64,000 nucleotides of DNA from Zygnema circumcarinatum SAG 698-1b. Lineage: Eukaryota > Plantae > Zygnematophyceae. The notes beneath the pieces are model-generated. The model saw only the letters and a list, made by a program, of their open reading frames with translations, had not been told where the DNA came from and did no database searches. Location of the stretch: the NCBI GenBank assembly GCA_037447605.1, contig CM074808.1:1178001-1242000 (forward strand), given 5' to 3'. The translations under genes and the position numbers were made by a program. Positions 1-11,194 of this stretch are shown here, piece after piece; the first letter of the stretch is position 1; the number at the start of each line of letters is the position of its first letter.

Positions 1-1301
1 ATCCATTCCTTCAAGCTCTTGCTTAAGTGCCTTGCGCCGCTTATACCTCTCCATAACTTGCGCAATGGTATCACCTGCAAGGGTGGGCAGTCACAATTGT
101 TTGACCTCTGCTAGTAGAATGGAAACCAATGAGACAAATATCATGACAATACGGATACTTCATTGGAAAGGTACTGCCCACAAACAAAACTTTGGAACTT
201 CAGAATAGCTCCAGATCCACTGCGAACTGTCCGACATATTTGTTCTAAGATGACAGAGCTAATGTAAGTGATAGAGTTACAACTTCGGATAGTCGAGGAG
301 TCGTGGAGGTGATGTATCTTACCTGCCAGAGAAAGTGATCCCGCAGTGCAGGCGACCTTCAGAGGGAATTTCTGCGACCAGGAAGGAGTAAATTTGGGTG
401 AGACGACGTACACTAGTTGGATAGAATCTATAGATCCAGATGACACTAGCGAAATTTAGTGCATGAAGTTCCTTCCGATAACAGGGCGGCTCTCTATATG
501 AGCAGATTGCGCAAGGACGTCATGCTTGCTTCAGAGGGGCTTGCCGTTCAGAACGTGGATCGGATAATGAGTATCTGAATACAAATCAACAGTACGCCTT
601 CCGCAGGAACAAACTTGCGGTTTCAACGATATTTTGACGGATTTGAATCCGCTCTACGACTATTATGAGGAGATGAAAACTGACCTGCAAGAGCTCCAAT
701 GCGCTAGATTTTAACGATGCTCCTTTCCGAGGACGAGGCGCTCTCAGGCTTGCTGTCTCGCTGCAAAGCGGCACGTCATGTGAGAACTTGTTCAATCAAG
801 CAGTAGCATTTCCATGTCTTTCTCCTGTCACCTCAGGTAGCCTTAACACCTTAAGTAGCGAAACCTGCAATTACGGCCTATAGACGACGAGCTTCTGATC
901 TAGGACAATACAAAACTTTGAAACTCATGAAAGAGGACGTGCGCCAGTCTGACAATCACAAGGCCTGAGCGAAGTTGCAATTCGATAGTTCAGCTGCAAT
1001 GATGCTTCAAACAAAGTGCCGTTCACGACGATTGCCATTCCCATCACCAATGCCTCTATTTGGCTCTGGCAGTGAGCATCTATAAAAGCAAACACCCCGA
1101 TCTGTACGAATCCATCAGCTTACTATCCGTCAGTTGCTCCTCGCCAAATCCGCCTGTCTCTATACCTGGGCTAGCTTCCAACGTCAAAATAATCCAAAGA
1201 CTAACCTTGATGCAGAAACAGCAGCTGCCTGATGACCACCCAGAGGCGCTCGCAGCTGCAGGGAGATCGCCTTCGATCCTCCCATCCTCAGCGGATTCCA
1301 T
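1..1301 (-). CDS. 5' part of an unidentified multi-exon gene running off the window start
   Basis: Candidate first exon 1301-1206 (ATG...MESAEDGRIEGDLPAAASASGWSSGSCCFCIK|GTTAGT). An in-frame pair lies further down: an exon ending at 159 (...FVCGQYLSNE|GTATCC) and an exon starting at 74 (TTGCAG|VIPLRKLWERYKRRKALKQELEGMD). Middle exons unresolved; no family recognised. Confidence 0.4.
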
Positions 1302-3393
1302 GGACCACCTGCAGGCGGCTGAAATTGTACCATTTTCTCTTCCTCGCCCTCCCTTTCCTCGCCTCACAGCCCTCTACCTTCCTTCCTTCGTCCTTCCTCC
1401 CTCTCTCTATCGTTCTCTCTCTTTCTCCCGCTCTCTCTCCCACTCGCTCTCCCCGCCCTCCTGCAGCAGCGACAGCAGCTTGCAATGCCCACAGGAAGCG
1501 CGCGCCCTCGACCAGAGCGGGGCGGGGCGCGCTGGCCGGCTGGCTGGCTGCTACGTGGCGCGCTGCGGCCCCAAGTCGCGGGACGGCGGCCAATGGGAGC
1601 GCTCCCCCGCTCGGCGGCGGCCCCAGGAGCGGTCCTGCGCGCTCCGAGCGCCGCGCACTGCGACTGGCTCGCGGCGCCGCCCGGGGCCGCGCTCAGCCGT
1701 CCGATCGACAGATCGATCGGGCGGTCCCTCCCAGTGGTAGGGGACGGAGGGCGGGCGGGCGGGCGGGCGGGAGTCGACAAGGATCTTGGACGGCGGGCGG
1801 GCGGGGGCTGGTTTCGTACCATCGTACGGCCGGCCGTACGCGGGGTCTGGGGACTGCGTCGGTGTCCGCCCGCAATGATGCGAGATCTGACTCCTACGGA
1901 AAGGATTTTGTCGTACGTCTCCGTACGGCCGGCGATCCAAGATCTGAGGCGTCATATGCAGGGCTCTTCAAATAGGGGAGATCCCCTAAATATCGTAAAT
2001 AGCTTATTTATGTAAGATTTTGAGATTAGTTTACGTGATTTCAACTTAAATACCACACAAGCCCCAAAAAAGCATTTTTTTGGTTAAAAACAAAAAGGAA
2101 ATGAATTGCATTTGCAACCACGATAGCAATGATGTATATGAACTTTACTTGTTGGTATAACAACACGGCTTTAGAAACTGGTGCAACCTCTTCAACTCTT
2201 ATAGATTGGTAAATTTTACCAATCAATTAGAACAACTGTGCATTTGGCAATCACAACATATAGTTGCTTATTCAAAAACCCAATTGCTCGGAAACTTTGT
2301 AGATCCAATCCTAAGCTCTCTATTTCCTTTTCCATCCATCATTAATTACTCCAAGTATCACTTTAGAATCCATCATAGTATTGAAATTTCCTCACAAAAA
2401 CTCTATTCCAAATCATAACCTTTGAAATTCTAGGTGTAGTCACAAAAAAAAAACTGAAATAGGAACTAAAATTAGAAATGAAATGAAAAATGGTCTCACT
2501 CCCTAAGGAGTTTTAGGCTGAACAAGACAACTATAGAAGTGATGCAAACTACTCAAAGAGACCCTCGAAGAGCGGTCAAACTATCAAACTGTTTGTAGTG
2601 AAGAATTCCTTCCAATGAAAAGTCTGTCAACCTCTTTCGAAACTCGTCTTTCTCCCATCCAATTACTGAAAAATCAGACTCGACGGTAGCAGTGTTGGGA
2701 AATAATGGACGTCCGTACGTGCACGGTTTCGTCCGTACAGCCCATATTTACGTGTTTTTACAAAACCAAGTTAGGGGACAGTCCCCTATCTTAAGCCGAA
2801 ATCCCCTATTTGCAAATAGGGGAGATCCCCTAAATATCGTAAATAGCTTATTTATGTAAGATTTTGAGATTAGTTTACGTGATTTCAACTTAAATACCAC
2901 ACAAGCCCCAAAAAAACATTTTTTGGGTTAAAAACAAAAAGAAACTGAATTGCATTTGCAACCACGATAGCAATAATGTATATGAACTTTACTTGTTGGT
3001 ATAACAATACGGCTTTAGAAACTGGTGCAACCTCTTCGACTCTTATAGATTGGTAAATTTTACCAATCAATTAGAACAACTGTGCATTTGGCAATCACAA
3101 CATATAGTTGCTTATTCAAAAACCCAATTGCTCGAAAACTTTGTAGATCCAATCCTAAGCTCTCTATTTCCCTTTCCATCCATCATTAATTACTCCAAGT
3201 ATCACTTTAGAATCCATCATAGTCTTAAAATTTCCTCACAAAAACTCTATTCCAAATCATAACCTCTGAAATTCTAGGTGTAGTCACAAAAGAAAAACTG
3301 AAATAGGAACTAAACTTAGAAATGAAATGAAAAATGGCCCAAGGCAAGCGCCCAGGAGGCAAGCGCCTGCTAGAGGCAAATGGCAAGCAGGAG

Positions 3394-4322
3394 TGTAGCA
3401 CAAGATAAGTGGGGTTAAGAGAAGACTGCTGAGCTAGTTGCAGATGCTGTACGGCCACACGCGCGTCCGTGCTGAAACTAATGAAGGGTTGGGTTGGTTC
3501 TGTGGGTCTGCCTGCAGCATAGAGCCAGATCCGGGGATTCAGAGGTAATGCTGCTAGCCGAAGACGTAGGGATCCTGAAGATGTTCCCACCAGCGGCTGG
3601 ACTCGATGCGCGAAGAGCCCTTCCTTGGGGACTCTCTTCCCCTGTCCTCTCCTCGGCTAGTCTCTTAGCCAAGCTTCTAGTTATCATCGGTCATTGGGAT
3701 GAGTGTAAGGCAGGATAGAATAGGATAGTGGCTTGGCATAGTGACAGCAAAGGGAAAACAGTGCTCAACTTAGATAAAGGTGACACTTTGGGAACTCACC
3801 CCAGCCAGCGGTTGGCTGGGGAATGTCATTACAATGAAATTGTCTTCTCACTGAATTCTTTGTCTAGCTGGGCTGAATGGGACGTCTAAATGCTATCAGC
3901 AAGAAGACTCTTCTCTCTCTCTCTCTCTATCTATGGCATGGAACTCTCTCTCTCTCTCTCTCTCTCTTACTTAGCATCTGTTGCTGTAACTGAAGAGGAA
4001 GGAAAAAGAAGAAAGAAGAAGAAGAAGACAAAGCACACAGCAAATACAAATACTAAGCCCAGCACTAAAAGACAAAGAAGCATCACTGACATCCCATCTA
4101 CTTAATTCTGACAATAGATCTTGAGTCCTAGCAGTGACAGCCTCTGATTGGCTAACTGCCCACTGAGAGGCCTGACTGACTACGTGGAGCCTTCGGATAG
4201 GTCAACGAAGGATTATCGGCGGCATCTTGCGGCGCTTCCGAGTGCGCCTTGCTGGATGGTGTGCCGTTCCGTGGGCCGTTCCGTGGACGCGGATCCGTCG
4301 AACGCAGCTCCGTTACGCTACA
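3394..4322 (-). repeat. 3' LTR of the Gypsy element
   Basis: Direct repeat of 7640-8558. It differs by a short patch near 3527-3562, one TC unit and the terminal 7 nt. Confidence 0.95.
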
Positions 4323-4467
4323 TCTGTAGCACATGCCGGGGGGGGGGAAAACAAGCGCACGCCCCTGCGGGCGCAAGGAAGAAGAGACAAAGGGCAGGAG
4401 AGGGGACCTGGATGACGTGGACAGTGGACCGCGCGGGAGGAGTCGGCGGCCGGCTGGNNNNNNNNNN

Positions 4468-5250
4468 GGAGAGAAGCCCGTGGAGGAGTGGACGGAGGTG
4501 TTATACGTGAAGACCAGGGAGGGGATGACCTCGCGCCAGTCCGCCTCCAGCTCCGCGCAGCCGCGGACGCACGCATCCTTGACCGTCTGAATGGTACGTT
4601 CTGCCAGCCCATTCTGCCAGGGGGAGTAGGGGCTGGAGGTGTGGTGAATGATGCGGAAGTCCTGCATGAGCTTGGCGAATGCCCCCTTGTATTCGGTGCC
4701 GTTGTCAGAGTGGACAGAGTAGGGTATAGAGTGGCGGTGAATGATGGCCGTCAAGAGACGAGCAGAGTGGATGGAATGCTTAGATTCTGTCGTGTGAACT
4801 TCTACCCACTTGGTGTATCTGTCCACGGCTAGGAAGACCCGAATGTAGCCAGAGGGGGTGCCGAGTTGGGGAATAGAAAAGGTGTCGATGTTCCAGTCTT
4901 CGGCGACGCCGCGTATTGGGATCTCACCCATCTCAAGGGGTTGGCGGTCGGGGGGAGCAGAGCGCTTGCCGCGTTGGCAGCGGGTGCAGGTTTCAATGTA
5001 GCGGCTCACCGCGCCATGGAGGCCGGGCCAATAGTAGCGTTCCTGTAGCAGAGCCACCATCTTCTTCTGGCCGAGGTGGAATCCGCCGGGCTGAGAATCG
5101 TGGGCGACATCCAGAATCTCCATGCGTTCATTGGGGAAAGGAACCGGAAGGCCAGAGGGGAGGTACAGTATCTGTCCGTCATCATCAACAGAGAAGTTCC
5201 GAGAGCGGCGGAGCAGCCGAGCCCTCTCGGTGTCCGTGATAAAGGGGGGC
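4468..5250 (-). CDS. Retrotransposon integrase (HHCC and DDE core); C-terminus lost in the gap
   Basis: HDSQPGGFHLG...CTRC zinc-binding motif; WNIDTF, HSDNGTEY and QNGLAERT catalytic motifs in ORF 4152..5882. Confidence 0.92.
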
Positions 5251-6936
5251 AGCGTGCGTCTCTTCGGTCGCCGGTGGCGTCGGCTCTGGTTGCGCCGCTG
5301 GCGGCTCCTCTTCATTGAGATCTTCAATGTCCTCCTCAGGCAGGGATCCCAAGGGAGGACCCGTGGAGGGAGAGATGACTGAAGTTCTTCGGACAGGGGT
5401 GGCGACCGATGGAGCCGTGCCCGAGGAACTGGCGCCGGTGACATTGGCAGGGAGGAATGGCAGAGGATGAGAATGAGGATCGCCTCGGTTGACAGGGAGC
5501 CTGCGAAGGGCAGTCGCAATCTCGGCGATCCGGGCTTGAGCCTCAGCTTCAGAAGTGATGGGTGATTCTGATAAAGCCGGTTGAAATGCCGCGGCAACCT
5601 GGGCAGTGCGTGATCGGGTAGCAGGATCGGGCTCAGCACCCAATACGTTCGACAGGGAAGGGGAGTCCATGGGGTGCAGATGGATAGGTGGTCGTTGCAG
5701 GATGGTGTAAGCGGGTGAAGGAGGTGGCGGCGGGCGAAAGGGAGCCGGTGTTCTTGAGGGTGGGGGAGAAGCCGGGAGCATATCCATGAAAGTGATCTCG
5801 GCAGGTGAGTTCCCTGCTGCCGCCTCTTTCCCCTTTCGGGCCTTCTCACTCGAGAGTCTCCGCATGCACACACGGGCATCATGTCCCGTGATCTGACAGA
5901 AGGTGCAGGTCCATGGTCCGCAACGCAGCCGCGGATTGTGAGTTAGGCCACAAGCCAGACATACGCCCTCCGGAACCCCTGCCTCTGTCATCCGACGGCG
6001 CAGATCGGCCCTGGCAGCTTCTCTCTCTTCGGGCGTGCGATCGGAATAAGGAGCCCGATATCCTGGACGAGAAACATCTGGTATGTGAGGATTCACCGCC
6101 GGCTCAATGGGATGGGCCGGATCATGAGGGTATGGGGAAAGGGGAAGGGGCTTGGTTGTGCTGGCTATGGCCAGAGGCTGCACCACAGGGGCTGTCCGGA
6201 CGTCCTGAGCAGTGACGCCGGAGAAGGAAGGCTTGTTCCGAGTAGATGTAGCGTAGGGATCGAACAGCTGTTGATTCTGCGTCTTCAAGAACTGCTGGTA
6301 GAGTCGATCTTGTCGTGGATCTGTAGCGTTCATGTAATGTGGTCTTACATGTCGGTTGCCTCTCTCTTGATCCTTTTGAATTCGCTCTGCCCTGTCTAAC
6401 AATGCCTGGGCATCTGCTGGTGGGTTGTCGCGCAGCTCACGATCCAGGTGGAGATCCTTCTCGCTGATGGCCTTGCGGAACCACTGGAGCACTTCGGAAA
6501 AGTCAGGCAAGTTCTCGATCGTATTTGCCATGCGCACAAAGCGCTCAGTGAATTCAAACAGCCGCTCATCACTGTAGCATTCTATGTAGCGAAGTCGGTC
6601 TAGCACAGTGATCGGATCTGAAATCCAACGCTGTCTGAAAGCTTGCTTGAATGTGTCCCTTGTCAGGGTGGCGACGACATGTGCTTTGTGCCAGTTTCGG
6701 GACAGCTTCCAGTTGACTGCCTCGCCTTCCAGCGCTCCAAGGGCCAGCTTGATCCACTGGTCTTCCTTCAGGTCTGCTTGCGCTGCCTTCTCCTCAAGAT
6801 GTCTCAGCCAGGCTTCTGCATCTTCCTGCTTGCCGGTGAAGCCTCTAGTGATGATGCCCGTGGTATCCCTCACCTCACTCTTTTCAGGTATCAAGGCTAT
6901 CAATTTGGTCATCATCTCTTCCATCTTGCTGGGCAA
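5185..6936 (-). CDS. Gag polyprotein (capsid-like region, two Cys/His knuckles, long Pro-rich tail)
   Basis: Uninterrupted 583-aa ORF. Gag-like segment FTGKQEDAEAWL...ALGALEGEAVNW...FKQAFRQRW; canonical CX2CX4HX4C knuckle CTFCQITGHDARVC preceded by a variant CLACGLTHNPRLRC. Confidence 0.88.
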   Translation of the reverse strand: MPSKMEEMMTKLIALIPEKSEVRDTTGIITRGFTGKQEDAEAWLRHLEEKAAQADLKEDQWIKLALGALEGEAVNWKLSRNWHKAHVVATLTRDTFKQAFRQRWISDPITVLDRLRYIECYSDERLFEFTERFVRMANTIENLPDFSEVLQWFRKAISEKDLHLDRELRDNPPADAQALLDRAERIQKDQERGNRHVRPHYMNATDPRQDRLYQQFLKTQNQQLFDPYATSTRNKPSFSGVTAQDVRTAPVVQPLAIASTTKPLPLSPYPHDPAHPIEPAVNPHIPDVSRPGYRAPYSDRTPEEREAARADLRRRMTEAGVPEGVCLACGLTHNPRLRCGPWTCTFCQITGHDARVCMRRLSSEKARKGKEAAAGNSPAEITFMDMLPASPPPSRTPAPFRPPPPPSPAYTILQRPPIHLHPMDSPSLSNVLGAEPDPATRSRTAQVAAAFQPALSESPITSEAEAQARIAEIATALRRLPVNRGDPHSHPLPFLPANVTGASSSGTAPSVATPVRRTSVISPSTGPPLGSLPEEDIEDLNEEEPPAAQPEPTPPATEETHAAPLYHGHREGSAAPPLSELLC

Positions 6937-7629
6937 CTCAGATCTGACTCGTGTGCTTCTGTGCAGGTTGGTGCGAAAGCTGGAGGGTCCTGGCGATCGT
7001 CCTGTCCTTGCCCCTGAAGTCGCTCGCCTGGGGCTGCCGGATGGGAAAGTTGTGAATGCCGGAGGTGAGGGTGTCTTCTCGAGGAATCGCCGCCTTCCTC
7101 GTAGGACCGCGGCCGCCGCTGTGCTTGAAGGGACTCGTGCGCGAGCGATCCCGACGCAGACTTCGCGGGATTCTCGGGGCCGCGTAGGACCGCAGGTTCA
7201 AACGCAGACTCCTCTTCATCGCATCCGCCGCCGCGACAACACCGGCAGGCCGCCAAATGATCGGCGCGCGGCATACCGCCAAATTGAGCACAGGCCATCA
7301 CGCCAGGACGGAGTCGCCGCGCCTCTTCTTCAATCGACCTCGATCTGCTCAAGGTAAGCCAGACTGGGATAAGGGTTCTCCTCGGTGATGCCCATTTTCA
7401 GTAGCTCACTGACTGCCACTTACTCTGAGTCTGAATCCGTCCTCAGATTTCCCCGTCGCACATTACGCCTAGCGAGGTGCGCCAAGTCTTCCCTCGAATC
7501 GCGATGGCTCTGCTTGTCCCTCTTGCCGCAGCCTCTTCATCCATGGCGCGCGCGTTTGTGACGCGAGGTCCGCGGGATGCCGGCGGCCTCCGCGCGTATC
7601 AGGAAGTGCGTGGATCTGCAAAACCTTTA

Positions 7630-7641
7630 GCTCTGATACCA
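7630..7641 (-). other. Primer-binding site complementary to the tRNA-iMet 3' end
   Basis: The minus strand reads TGGTATCAGAGC immediately 3' of the 5' LTR. Confidence 0.92.
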
Positions 7642-8558
7642 AGATAAGTGGGGTTAAGAGAAGACTGCTGAGCTAGTTGCAGATGCTGTACGGCCACACG
7701 CGCGTCCGTGCTGAAACTAATGAAGGGTTGGGTTGGTTCTGTGGGTCTGCCTGCAGCATAGAGCCAGGATCCGGGGGATTCAGAGGTACGCGCAGCGGAA
7801 GACGTAGGGATCCTGAAGATGTTCCCACCAGCGGCTGGACTCGATGCGCGAAGAGCCCTTCCTTGGGGACTCTCTTCCCCTGTCCTCTCCTCGGCTAGTC
7901 TCTTAGCCAAGCTTCTAGTTATCATCGGTCATTGGGATGAGTGTAAGGCAGGATAGAATAGGATAGTGGCTTGGCATAGTGACAGCAAAGGGAAAACAGT
8001 GCTCAACTTAGATAAAGGTGACACTTTGGGAACTCACCCCAGCCAGCGGTTGGCTGGGGAATGTCATTACAATGAAATTGTCTTCTCACTGAATTCTTTG
8101 TCTAGCTGGGCTGAATGGGACGTCTAAATGCTATCAGCAAGAAGACTCTTCTCTCTCTCTCTCTCTATCTATGGCATGGAACTCTCTCTCTCTCTCTCTC
8201 TCTTACTTAGCATCTGTTGCTGTAACTGAAGAGGAAGGAAAAAGAAGAAAGAAGAAGAAGAAGACAAAGCACACAGCAAATACAAATACTAAGCCCAGCA
8301 CTAAAAGACAAAGAAGCATCACTGACATCCCATCTACTTAATTCTGACAATAGATCTTGAGTCCTAGCAGTGACAGCCTCTGATTGGCTAACTGCCCACT
8401 GAGAGGCCTGACTGACTACGTGGAGCCTTCGGATAGGTCAACGAAGGATTATCGGCGGCATCTTGCGGCGCTTCCGAGTGCGCCTTGCTGGATGGTGTGC
8501 CGTTCCGTGGGCCGTTCCGTGGACGCGGATCCGTCGAACGCAGCTCCGTTACGCTACA
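7640..8558 (-). repeat. 5' LTR of the Gypsy element
   Basis: Direct repeat of 3401-4322; starts TGTAGCGTAACGG on the minus strand. Confidence 0.95.
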
Positions 8559-10818
8559 GGAGGCAAGTATTCCTGTCTCGACCGTACGTGCACGGTTTCG
8601 TCCGTACAGTCCCTATTTACGTGTTTTTACAAAACCAAGTTAGGGGACAGTCCCCTATCTTAAGCCGAAATCCCCTATTTGAAGAGGCCTGGTCATATGC
8701 CGTGAAACCGAGCGGGTTGAGAAATTGAGAAGCGAGTTTACTTGATTTCTCAATTCTCAATCTTGTTGAATAGGGTTGAACTTTGAACACTCGAGGTCGA
8801 AACGTTTTCGATTAAGAAAGCGAAAAGTTTTAAAGAAAAAGTTCAAACTCAATTGGTTCGGTCGTACGTGTGAATTTCAATTCTTTTCCACGTTGGTTAC
8901 GTGCGATTCGAGGGATCCTGTTAACCCGAGCGCCATTTTTGCCATACGACTCTTCCGGCGAGCTGATCGTTATCTCTGTACGAACTTCCAGGTCCACGCG
9001 CTTCGTGAGTTCAATCAAACATCATTTTCCTTTGAGATCCGCTAAAATCTCATTATCGATCGATGGACCCAAGGAAAACTCAAATTTGAGCATGAACGAT
9101 AACTATGTGTTCAATGTTCATTCTTTCTCCATAAAAATTATATTGAGGAAAAAATTTAGGCATTCATTTCTCATTTCTCGAAATGAATCGTGTTCAAAAA
9201 AATAGGGTTTTTTTTTCAGAAACTTGAAAGTTTATTTTTTGACTAGCCAAAATCTTATTTTTTTTTCTCAACCTGTTCGGTTTTACGGGTACGGTAGCTA
9301 GAAAAGTAAGAATTTGCGGGCGGGCGGGCAGGCGCAGTTGGGTTTGAAAAATGGGGCGTGTCAGAAGGGCACCGACCAGGAGGGGAGCTAAAATTGGGGG
9401 AGTAGCAGACGATGAGGATGGACGGTTGAGATTCAGGAAGCAGGGAGGGTGAGGGTGAGGTGAGGGTGAGGTGGATCCGGTTGGAACGTGGAGCCGTAGT
9501 CGAGTGATCGCAGTGCGCAGCTGACGACAACAATAATTCTTTTTGGATCTTCGTTCCTTGGTGGACTCCGCGTGTCTTGATCGGTCTGCTCCTTGGCTCC
9601 TTCGCCGGTTGACGGGTTTGACTGCGGGTGGCCGTGTGAATGCTGCGTTGAACGAGGATCCACTTCACGCGCACTTCCACGAACCCCCTCTCCTCCTCAG
9701 TCCACGTCAGGCCGCGATCGCGGTGGACACGTCGCAGGCAGATCAAGAACGAACTTCGCGGACCTCCACAGACGAGAGGTTCCAGCTGGGTCGCGAGACT
9801 GTACGGTAGCGCCCGTGGTGGTAAGACATGCAATGCGAGCTGTCGGCTACGAGCTGCGGAGCTGTATGCCTCGTGACGTCACATGCACAGTGCACCCGGT
9901 TCCAAATTTCCCACGAAGCCTCCATGCCGTACCGTGGTGCTGCAAGTCGAGGAGGAGATTTCGACACGCGGGGGAGGAACGTCCAGGCGAATACTACTGC
10001 AAAACGCGGCGTGTCGTCGCTGGTGCCATGGTTGGACGTTACGCTCCCACGTGTCAAGCGCGCCGAGTCAACACCGCGCTAAACGAACTTTTCTGGCCCG
10101 TTTCCAAGAACTTGTCACAAAATCTATTTGTTTTGAATTTAGAAAAACGACGCTCGCATCCGTTGGAGTCGTCCTGTCCGTCCCCGTCCGTGTCGGTGGA
10201 CCCTTGCCGCCCGCCTGCCCGCCCACCCGCCCGTCCGTACGTGAATTAGTTCCCAGCGGCAGGCACCGACGCGGTCCTACTGGCGGGCGGGCCGCGGTCC
10301 GGACCGCCGCTGCCACGTGCCGGCGCGTGCCCGCGAGCCACGCGGCCCCCGAGCGATCGCGAAGCGGCGCAGCATCGTGCGTCTGCCGTGGCGGGCGCTG
10401 CCGCAGTTCCGACACGTGCCGGGCGGAGCCGCGCGGCGGGCGCTGTGCGCCACGCGTCGCGTTCGCTGACGCTCGCGCTCGAGCCGGCGCGGACCGCGGC
10501 GTGGCGGCGCTGTGGGCGGGCGGGCGGGCGGGAGGTGACTGGCCCGGCCCGGCCGGCCGGACTGACCCCCGCAGAAGGTGACCGCGAAGGAAAATGGGAG
10601 CCGGGCGGCACGCATGCACGCACGCACGCGCGTGCGCTTCCTTTTGGACGGCGCGGGCAGGCCCAGGCCCCCGGAGGCCATCGATTTTCTTTTGCCGCTA
10701 AATTTTCACTTTTTCCTTTTGGGATCAAAGGTAAGGAAGGAAGGAAGGAATCCTGGGAAGGCCGCGTGAGTGCGAGAGCGCCACGCGGGTCCCCGCCCCC
10801 CGCGCGCGGTGTGCCGCG

Positions 10819-11194
10819 TATAGATCCGTATGTATCAAACGCGTGTATTAATACACTGTATAATACATGCGTATTATACAACATTTTAAAAATACAGTGT
10901 ATTTTTAATGTATTTAACGTATTTTTTTTTATTTTCGTGGTTAGTTGAACAAAATCTGATTATAATATTGAAATTCCAGCACTTGCCAAGTCACGTCACT
11001 TGCCAAACACTCAACACGTGTGACTTGGTCCGTACATGTTCGTACACCTCTTTCGTACATAATTTTCGTACGGATCTATGTTCCGATCGTACGGCTGTTA
11101 ACAGTTGCGTTAAGGTATTATACAGTGTATAATACAGTATTAATACTGTATTAAACATTGTATCGAACCTCAAACTGTATAATACGGATCTATA
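10819..11194. mobile_element. 376-bp AT-rich MITE, probably hAT-type
   Basis: Perfect 13-bp TIR TATAGATCCGTAT / ATACGGATCTATA; 8-bp TSD GTGCCGCG at 10811-10818 and 11195-11202; inverted subterminal TATTATACAG motifs. Confidence 0.82.

Larger units (their letters stand above)
3394..8558 (-). mobile_element. Ty3/Gypsy LTR retrotransposon, internally deleted (gag and integrase only)
   Basis: Outer termini TGTAGC...GCTACA; 4-bp TSD GGAG (3390-3393, 8559-8562); two near-identical ~920-bp LTRs; tRNA-iMet primer-binding site; gag and integrase ORFs. One N gap at 4458-4467. Confidence 0.95.
1959..8691. mobile_element. Non-autonomous hAT-type element present as a head-to-tail dimer (1959-2812 and 2813-8691)
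   Basis: TIRs CAGGGCTCTTCAAATAGGGGA / TCCCCTATTTGAAGAGGCCTG; 8-bp TSD GTCATATG at 1951-1958 and 8692-8699. The first ~500 bp and last ~100 bp of the two units are near-identical. The paralogous site at 37736-37800 lacks the insertion. Confidence 0.85.
1850..9340. mobile_element. Non-coding foldback-type repeat (about 0.75 kb once insertions are removed) hosting the hAT dimer
   Basis: Inverted motifs CCGTGAAACCGAGCGGGTTGAGAAA (8700) and TTCTCAACCTGTTCGGTTTTACGG (about 9265). Segments 1850-1958 plus 8700-8725, 8850-8925 and 9070-9290 each match the reverse complement of 37736-37890, 36085-36180 and 34560-34790 respectively. Ends are approximate. Confidence 0.55.

Noticed and set aside
2041-3262. 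Duplicated small ORFs (61 and 70 aa, twice each)
   Set aside because: They lie within the duplicated hAT units, use non-ATG starts and show no recognisable motif.
9800-10060. Possible third RLE non-LTR remnant (RHAMRAVG...RPG-ILL...LDVT)
   Set aside because: It needs several frameshifts and shares no visible DNA similarity with the other two fragments; too weak to call.
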